Part shown: positions 57,952 to 64,000 of the stretch, piece by piece
Layout: each line of letters starts with the position of its first letter
How positions within the stretch are numbered: the stretch's first letter is position 1
Origin: Escherichia phage HMD-P3
Sequence record: PQ462667.1
Length of the DNA: 64,000 nucleotides
Strand: one strand, 5' to 3'
Notes under the pieces: model-generated
Databases searched by the model: none
Seen by the model: the letters and a program-made list of their open reading frames with translations, nothing else
What the model was told of the DNA's origin: nothing
Position numbers and translations under genes: made by a program

Positions 57952-59739
57952 TTAGGTAAGGCGTTGAACTGTTACTCTTAATCTCGGTAGGAAAATAGCT
58001 GCAGCCTCATCAGCGTGAATAATTACGCCCAATTCAGCATTACCATTTCCTAGATTTTTAATAGTATAAATATATCCGTTTCTTCTAAATGTTAACTCAT
58101 CAGGTCTACTTGCCCAAGTTTGAGTATAACTGTATGCAGTAGTGGAGTGATAAGGGACTAAGTATCCAGGAGGTAAGGTTAATATTTGATGGAATATTCC
58201 ATCACCTTCCGTGTAACTATGCTGTCTTCTTCCTTGTACTTGCCAAGCAGTACCACCGTATGTGCGTATGGCTCCTCCAGCCGTATTAATATTACCCATA
58301 ATAACTTCCGTAGTTAATATTACCGTTGCGTTAGCATTAGGTAATCCTAGTCCTATGGTAGCTAGAGCCGTATAATAGTTTCCTGCTCCAGGATACGCTG
58401 GGGTTATATCATCACCAACGTAGGTACTAGCAACATTATTAGGAAATAGTCTTAAAGGTACAGTACTAGGACTCCACACAGCTCCATGCTCATTACCGAT
58501 AGTGTTATTACTTGAGTTTACGTACCATTGCTTACCAGCTCCGAACTTGTAAATACTAATCTGAGACTTAGCCCCTCCATAATCTACAGGAGACCATAAA
58601 GATCCATTACTAGAGCCTACAATTTCACAACGCGCAGTGGTATCTCCAAAGGCTCCAGTGTACGCTGCGTTATTTCCAATGTACTCCATATCTGGTCTAT
58701 AGCCTAAATTACCAAAAGCATTTTGGTTGATAAACTTATATCCAGTATTTGGTAAACTAACCCCTTTTACAGTAAAATTAGATGGAGTTATAAGTATATC
58801 TGATCCGGTAAATGGGTTACCAGATACACCCATATTACCATTAGAATATCTCAAATTAAGTACATACCAAATAACCTTAGTAGGAGTTATGTTATACCAA
58901 TCCTGCACATACACTTTCTTAGCGGCCTGTGCTGCTAGATTAGATGTTGAACCTTTACATATATAAACCTTATCAGGATACGTAGGAGATTGGTATAATA
59001 AGTTAACATTAGCTGGTACTGTGCCCTTTTTACCTACGTAACCTCGTATATTAGAGTTACAAACGTAAAACCAATTATGCCCTCTATGGGCGGCCCCTAT
59101 AGGAGCTTGCCAGTTAGGATGCCAGTAGTCAGCATTACCACCATCTATAGGTACTGTAGACGCTCCTGCTGGAAATCCTGCTAAAGTCCATGCCCTTCCA
59201 ATAGCCTCGCCAGCATATGCACCACCAGGCCTATATAAATTAAATCCAGAGGCTTGAGATATAGTACCTCCTGTACCCTGCCTAGCAATTGACTCTTCAT
59301 GCCCTAAACCAGAGTTATAAATATAAGTGCCATGTGCTAAGCTGTTACCTGATGCAAAAGCTGACGTAAGACCTACTTCTGCACCTGCCCTACCAATAGG
59401 CGGATCTTCAAAAAATGCAGTAAATTGACCAACTTGAGACTGAGTACCATTAAGAAAAGCCCTATGAGTACCATTAATCTCAACGGCAGTTAGTATAACT
59501 CTACCAGGGTCGTTGGATTTAATATTTATTATGTCAGAGGGCATCTGACATACAAAAAACCCATTTCCAGCATTTCCTAACCCAGCCTCATAAGTACCAT
59601 CAACTAGGACAAATGGCATATCACTATGAAAAATACTATTGGCATTTGGACTATAGTGACGATTAATGTCACCACCAGATTCAGTATTTAAAGATAGTAC
59701 GGTCTTACCATCGCTATATTTTCCAGCGAAAAAACCCAT
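57952..59739 (-). CDS. receptor-binding tail protein (T5 pb5-like)
   Basis: 595 aa, Gly/Asn/Tyr-rich beta protein; located at the distal end of the late region, divergent from a lipoprotein gene exactly as oad/llp in T5. Confidence 0.6.
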
Positions 59740-59764
59740 ATAATCTCCTATTATAAAAATGTAT

Positions 59765-59793
59765 TTGCTTTCATCCCTCTATTTTGCTATAAT
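59765..59793 (+). promoter_or_regulatory. T5-type promoter with extended -10 upstream of the lipoprotein gene
   Basis: TTGCTT 59765..59770, 17 bp, TGcTATAAT (TATAAT 59788..59793), then AGATTCATAAATTAGAAATGGAGAG and ATG 59825. Confidence 0.65.
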
Positions 59794-59824
59794 AGATTCA
59801 TAAATTAGAAATGGAGAGATAAAT

Positions 59825-60091
59825 ATGAAAAAGTTTGTGATTGCACTAGTTGCCGCAGTTATGTTATCTGGTTGTGCACCTGCTCCCAAACCATTTTGTA
59901 CTGGATTTGTAAAATCTTTTGGTGGTGCGGGAGAAGAACATTACGGCCTCAAGATTCAAAAAGTTCGTATTAAGGGAGATCGCTTCCCAGTAGTACAGCT
60001 CCGTACTAAGTTTGGGTGGTGGGATCTCAGTCAGTTTGATCTTAAATATGGGGATTGTAAATTTAAACTAGAGCAATCTAACTACCTGTAA
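59825..60091 (+). CDS. llp: Llp-like lipoprotein (receptor-blocking superinfection-exclusion protein)
   Basis: 88 aa; signal peptide MKKFVIALVAAVMLSGC with lipobox LSGC; divergent from the RBP gene. Confidence 0.7.
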   Translation: MKKFVIALVAAVMLSGCAPAPKPFCTGFVKSFGGAGEEHYGLKIQKVRIKGDRFPVVQLRTKFGWWDLSQFDLKYGDCKFKLEQSNYL

Positions 60092-60204
60092 TTAGTATAA
60101 AGCAAAAAGACATCCAAGTAAACTAAATTTTTTATTTTTTGGATGGTATATTGGTAGAAACCACTATGTAAGAAAAGTAGAAGTCCTTCTAGGAAGTCAC
60201 AAGC

Positions 60205-60396
60205 ATGGTTGGTTATGCACAAACTATAAAATATTCCAAATACAACATTTACAGGAGCATGAAAGATATGTCAAATAAAAGAAAGAACAGACGCGGAGAA
60301 GTGTACGAAAGTTGGATAAATAGTTTCGGATTTGGTTTTGTATTATTCCTAATCTTCGTAGGCTTTTGGTTAGCAGCTATGGCGGGGTGGATATAA
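60205..60396 (+). CDS. small membrane protein (63 aa, C-terminal TM helix)
   Basis: Basic N-terminal half then hydrophobic GFGFVLFLIFVGFWLAAMAGW; AGGAAG RBS. Confidence 0.45.
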   Translation: MVGYAQTIKYSKYNIYRSMKDMSNKRKNRRGEVYESWINSFGFGFVLFLIFVGFWLAAMAGWI

Positions 60397-60500
60397 TGGG
60401 AGTAATAATTATTATTTTATTAGTTGTGATAATTCTAGGGCAGTGTGTCTTGGATAACCACTTAGCTCGTATTGAACGTAAGCTACGGGAATATAAATAA
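60396..60500 (+). CDS. small membrane peptide (34 aa), not in the supplied ORF track
   Basis: ATG overlaps the upstream stop (TAATG); translates to MGVIIIILLVVIILGQCVLDNHLARIERKLREYK; its stop overlaps the next ATG (TAATG). Confidence 0.4.
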   Translation: MGVIIIILLVVIILGQCVLDNHLARIERKLREYK

Positions 60501-60745
60501 TGTTTAGTATTGTAATTGCTTTTATTATCGGGATACTCGCGGGAGTTTTCGGGACGACTGCGGTAATCAACAAGCATCGTAAATATATTGCGGGGGTGAC
60601 GCGGGAGATTGCGGAAAGGGAGCGGAAGTTTGACGAGAAACGTGCGGAGTTTGAGCGGGAGTGGTCAGATGGATCTCGGGCGTCGCGGAAGAGATTCCGT
60701 GAGTTTAGACCAGAACACAGGTTTGATGACCCTTCTATGCGCTAA
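60500..60745 (+). CDS. small membrane protein (81 aa, N-terminal TM helix, charged C-terminus), GC-rich codons
   Basis: MFSIVIAFIIGILAGVFGTTAV then Arg/Glu-rich tail; G/C-ending codons unlike the rest of the window. Confidence 0.45.
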   Translation: MFSIVIAFIIGILAGVFGTTAVINKHRKYIAGVTREIAERERKFDEKRAEFEREWSDGSRASRKRFREFRPEHRFDDPSMR

Positions 60746-60896
60746 TTTGACTTTTGCCAAATTTCATAAGATTACACATGGAGGTGTGTCCAGTGGCCTC
60801 CCAGATGAGAATGAGTCTCGTTACCGCCCGGTACTTAGCAGACTAATAGTCACGGCATGTTATCATTGCACACCGTGACTATTTCAATTTTAATTA

Positions 60897-61631
60897 TTAC
60901 GCAACTTTTAATTTCTCAATATATTGTTGCGGGCTGCAACTATATTCTGCGCGTTCTTCTTCGGTCATACTTTCCCAACATAATTTTAAGCGATCGGCTA
61001 GGAACTGATAATCATTATCATCCTCGAGAGATTCATCAATAAAGGTTCCGCCTATCAATGCCGCGCCGATCGATAGAATATCATTAACGGCTTGCGCATC
61101 TAGCGTTTTAAATCCATATGATGCCGCTGCTGATAATACACCTTTATGATCATCAATCATCGTAAAATCAGCATTCGGATATAACTGTTTAAATAATTCA
61201 AAATAATAACTTTTATATACTGCGTCCTTGCTGTGGTATATTTCGCTAACCTTATCAGCCTCAAAATATTTATGCAGTGTATCACGGGAAAATACACGGA
61301 TATTACTATCCCCACGCCCGCGCAATCCTTGTTTACGCAAATAATAATAATCCGACTTGCTCATCAGTCGAGCGGTACAAATAATGTTTAAAGTATTTGC
61401 GTCATTCATGCATTGGCGCATATATTCAACTAATGGTAATAAAGTATCTTGCATAATTAAATCATGTTTGCAAGCCTCATTTTTATACTTATTTAAATCT
61501 AAATTCCCATCGCTATCAAAGCAAGGTGCTACACGATGGAATGAGTTAACGATAGTGCCATCCAGATCCCAGATCATGACGCGGGAAATATGCGGGAAAT
61601 TACGGGAAATATTCGTTTTAACTTGATTCAT
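60897..61631 (-). CDS. HAD-type 5-prime-deoxyribonucleotidase-like phosphatase (T5 dmp-like pre-early gene)
   Basis: HAD motif I MIWDLDGTIVNSF; start set at ATG 61631 (GGAGA RBS), giving 244 aa; longest ORF from 61673. Confidence 0.65.
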   Translation of the reverse strand: MNQVKTNISRNFPHISRVMIWDLDGTIVNSFHRVAPCFDSDGNLDLNKYKNEACKHDLIMQDTLLPLVEYMRQCMNDANTLNIICTARLMSKSDYYYLRKQGLRGRGDSNIRVFSRDTLHKYFEADKVSEIYHSKDAVYKSYYFELFKQLYPNADFTMIDDHKGVLSAAASYGFKTLDAQAVNDILSIGAALIGGTFIDESLEDDNDYQFLADRLKLCWESMTEEERAEYSCSPQQYIEKLKVA

Positions 61632-61711
61632 TTTGTTACGTTCTCCATTAAAGGGATGTAGTTTATCCAGCATTGCCCGCTATTTATAAGCGGGCAATAA
61701 TAAATCAACTA

Positions 61712-62104
61712 TTAAAGACCATAAGCCAACGCATCAGCGATAAAACTAATATCTTCGCCGGATACGTGGGAACGAATGCCCGCGCATGTAAATACCTTCG
61801 CGCTCATTAGTTGATCATCAAGACAAGCCGGACAAGGCGCGACAACTGCAAACGCTAGGCCGGATTTTACGGCGTCGATGATAATCGTTTCCTGCTTCAC
61901 CGTGTCAACATAAACGCCTGCGGCCTTGATGTGACTACTAGCGCGGCCTTGCGTATATGCGAAGGTAGTAACCTGCAAAGCCTCATTGAAATCTAATAGA
62001 TCATCAATAACGTGCCCCGCCTCTACGTGGTAACGTTCGCCGTTAGAATAAACCAGAACGATTGAGGATTGAGCGCGATCGAATGGGATATTTTGCTTTT
62101 TCAT
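61712..62104 (-). CDS. hypothetical pre-early protein (130 aa)
   Basis: GGAG RBS 9 nt upstream; contains HVE ... PCPAC residues. Confidence 0.55.
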   Translation of the reverse strand: MKKQNIPFDRAQSSIVLVYSNGERYHVEAGHVIDDLLDFNEALQVTTFAYTQGRASSHIKAAGVYVDTVKQETIIIDAVKSGLAFAVVAPCPACLDDQLMSAKVFTCAGIRSHVSGEDISFIADALAYGL

Positions 62105-62168
62105 GTTTATAACTCCAATTAATTTAATAAGGGTATAAGCTGGGAATATTCCCAGCTTATAAATTTAA

Positions 62169-63833
62169 TTATGCGAAAAATTTGCCGTTTTTAAAGTCAA
62201 TCAAAGTGCGCTGGCCGTTCGCATAGGTAATTAAATGCGTTTGCGTCCAGCTTGACGCGCCAACGTTATAGCCCATATCTAGGGAACCAGCGACGCCCGC
62301 CGTATATACGCCGCCGTATATGCTGGCGGTGTGGGTGTGCCCCGTGTTTAATTTGCCTAGTTTCTTAAATTGTTTTGGATTGCCACGGCTGCCGTTAATG
62401 CCGTTGTGACCGTGTACACCGCACTCAATGCCTGCAATCTTGAAAGATTGATCAGTCGTTAGGAAAATCGCGTTAAACTCACAACCTGCGACGTCACGCA
62501 GCGCATAATCTAGCACGTTAAAAGTATCATCCTGCTTTGCAATAGCTGCATAGATAGCGGCATTCAGGCGGTGATACAGTTCCGCGTTTGCTGGATCATC
62601 TTTAATGTTAGCATTACGATCATCAAGCCAACGAGATAGCGCCAAATCGTGGTTTGATTCCACGATGATTGTTTGACTAAAATCACGTTCCATTGATTCC
62701 AGCACGCGCCCGGTGTCGATCAAATCATCCATAACCTTATCGCGTCCGGCTGCATACTGTTTCGCTAGAAATACACCGGAAGCGCGGTTATGGTGATTGC
62801 GTGATGTAAAATCGTGAACGTCATGGATAAACTGATATTTTGGCTTGAGAATATCAAGCAAACTGTTTTCGCCAGCCCATGACGCTGCGGCGCACTCCTC
62901 ATCTAATTTTTCAGCGTGCACGTCGCCATACTGCAAGCCTAAAACATGCCCCGACGTTTCAAAACATCCGGCGGGGGTCGCGCAAACATTCAGATCATAA
63001 AACATGCCGCTTTCGTCCATCGTTTCAAGCTGGCGCACAAAAAACTCACCGTCTTCGTCGAACTCAACAATCAGCGCACCGTAATTATGCAGCGCCTCCG
63101 CTTTCTGTCCTGCTTTTTGCTGAATGTAGTTTTTGAGCGTTGCCGTTCCGGTTGAGTACATGCGGCGCACCACTTCACCTTTTAAAGCTGGGACACTTTC
63201 GGCGGTGATTTTAGCGTGACCAATTGCCAGACCTTCCAGATTAAGCGCCGTTGCAGTTTCTGCAAATCCAGACAGTGGATAGTCTGCGGTCGGTAGCACG
63301 TTAATCTCTGCCATGAAAGCAAAACGGCGGTTATTTAAAAACACGTTTTTGCTGCAAATATATTTATCAAATGCGGAATCATATTTTACACCGTCTGCGC
63401 CTTCACCATTTTGAAAGCCGTTTTTGTTATAAATATACTTAGAAACGAGCAAATCAGCGCCGCAAAATTTAGCATATTGTTCAAGTGAGGCTAAAAAGTT
63501 TTTATGAGGGAAAGTATTGTTCTGAATCGATGTAATAATAAAGCGTTTTCCCTGTTTTACTTCCCACTGTTCCACCGTGCTAGAAATAATTCCAGCCGCT
63601 TCGGGGCGCTCGTCGTTTTTGATAGCTTTTACAGCTTTCGCCGCTTTTGGTTTTGCTGGTTTATTTTCTTCTAACCAATCACAAATAGCGGTCGAGTGTT
63701 TCGTTGTATCGTAGACCGCTTTTGATATATAGTCGCAGACTTCCAGCTTAGTAGCGCGCAGACGTTTACCGTAGAAATTAAAATCAGCGGCCATCTTCAG
63801 GATAACGGTTTGTTTTTCTGCGGAAAAAATCAT
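62169..63833 (-). CDS. calcineurin-like metallophosphoesterase (T5 A1-like pre-early protein)
   Basis: 554 aa; phosphoesterase-like motifs GDVHA, ESNHD, GVHGHNG, GHTHT; size and position match T5 A1 as I recall it. Confidence 0.6.
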   Translation of the reverse strand: MIFSAEKQTVILKMAADFNFYGKRLRATKLEVCDYISKAVYDTTKHSTAICDWLEENKPAKPKAAKAVKAIKNDERPEAAGIISSTVEQWEVKQGKRFIITSIQNNTFPHKNFLASLEQYAKFCGADLLVSKYIYNKNGFQNGEGADGVKYDSAFDKYICSKNVFLNNRRFAFMAEINVLPTADYPLSGFAETATALNLEGLAIGHAKITAESVPALKGEVVRRMYSTGTATLKNYIQQKAGQKAEALHNYGALIVEFDEDGEFFVRQLETMDESGMFYDLNVCATPAGCFETSGHVLGLQYGDVHAEKLDEECAAASWAGENSLLDILKPKYQFIHDVHDFTSRNHHNRASGVFLAKQYAAGRDKVMDDLIDTGRVLESMERDFSQTIIVESNHDLALSRWLDDRNANIKDDPANAELYHRLNAAIYAAIAKQDDTFNVLDYALRDVAGCEFNAIFLTTDQSFKIAGIECGVHGHNGINGSRGNPKQFKKLGKLNTGHTHTASIYGGVYTAGVAGSLDMGYNVGASSWTQTHLITYANGQRTLIDFKNGKFFA

Positions 63834-63936
63834 AATAATAAAACACCATTAAAGAGATTAAAAAACGTTTGTTATTGGCAATATAGCAAAATATAACGCC
63901 TCGAATAAAAGGAGTAATAATTTGCAACATTAAGAA

Positions 63937-63980
63937 CGGAAGAGCACACGTCTGAACTCCAGTCACAGGACAGACTCTCG
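63937..63980. other. Illumina index-adapter remnant at the right edge - artefact
   Basis: CGGAAGAGCACACGTCTGAACTCCAGTCAC followed by an 8-nt index-like AGGACAGA and CTCTCG; ORF 63784..63966 (MTGVQTCALPF...) is its translation. Confidence 0.9.
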
Positions 63981-64000
63981 GAAACCCTCGAATTCGATAA

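Noticed and set aside
60746-60896. Inverted repeat AGTCACGG ... CCGTGACT downstream of the dmp-like gene as a terminator or terminal-repeat boundary signal
   Set aside because: No adjacent U-run on the relevant strand and no way to place the repeat boundary from one copy; left unassigned.
63784-63966. ORF of 60 aa (MTGVQTCALPF...) in the ORF track
   Set aside because: It is the translation of Illumina adapter sequence at the contig edge, not a gene.
1-64000. Integrase, repressor, toxin-antitoxin or other lysogeny functions; recognisable defence systems (restriction-modification, Abi, CBASS-like)
   Set aside because: No ORF shows the relevant motifs; the gene content is that of a strictly virulent T5-like phage, so I do not claim any such system.

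Overview
This window reads as a contiguous segment of a T5-like virulent siphophage (Demerecviridae / Tequintavirus-like): gene order, protein sizes and recognisable motifs match the T5 layout. Left to right: a minus-strand nucleotide-metabolism operon (thyA partial, DHFR, nrdB, nrdA, phoH); a plus-strand early region with nrdD, a Sir2-like protein, a HAD phosphatase and many small ORFs each behind a strong sigma70-type promoter; the replication module (origin-binding/helicase-like protein, split NAD-dependent ligase, DnaB-like helicase, primase, family A DNA polymerase, D10-like helicase, SbcCD-like nuclease, flap endonuclease, dUTPase); the late structural module on the minus strand (tail fibres, collar, baseplate, tape measure, tail tube, neck, capsid, protease, portal, HNH, terminase); then a receptor-binding protein with a divergent Llp-like lipoprotein gene, and the start of a pre-early / terminal-repeat-type region (HAD-type dmp-like phosphatase, A1-like metallophosphoesterase). 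No tRNA, CRISPR array, integrase or lysogeny functions were found. The clearest anomaly is technical, not biological: an Illumina adapter is embedded inside a tail-fibre gene next to a 200-bp duplication, and a second adapter remnant sits at the right edge, each creating spurious ORF sequence. I could not firmly identify a new biological system; the best candidates are listed as hypotheses (a Zn-less Sir2 plus HAD pair, a promoter-driven 0.5-kb non-coding leader upstream of the helicase gene, a triplet of translationally coupled membrane peptides, an HNH gene with its own promoter between terminase and portal, and the RBP-lipoprotein module). All functional calls rest on motifs and recalled family knowledge, not on database searches.
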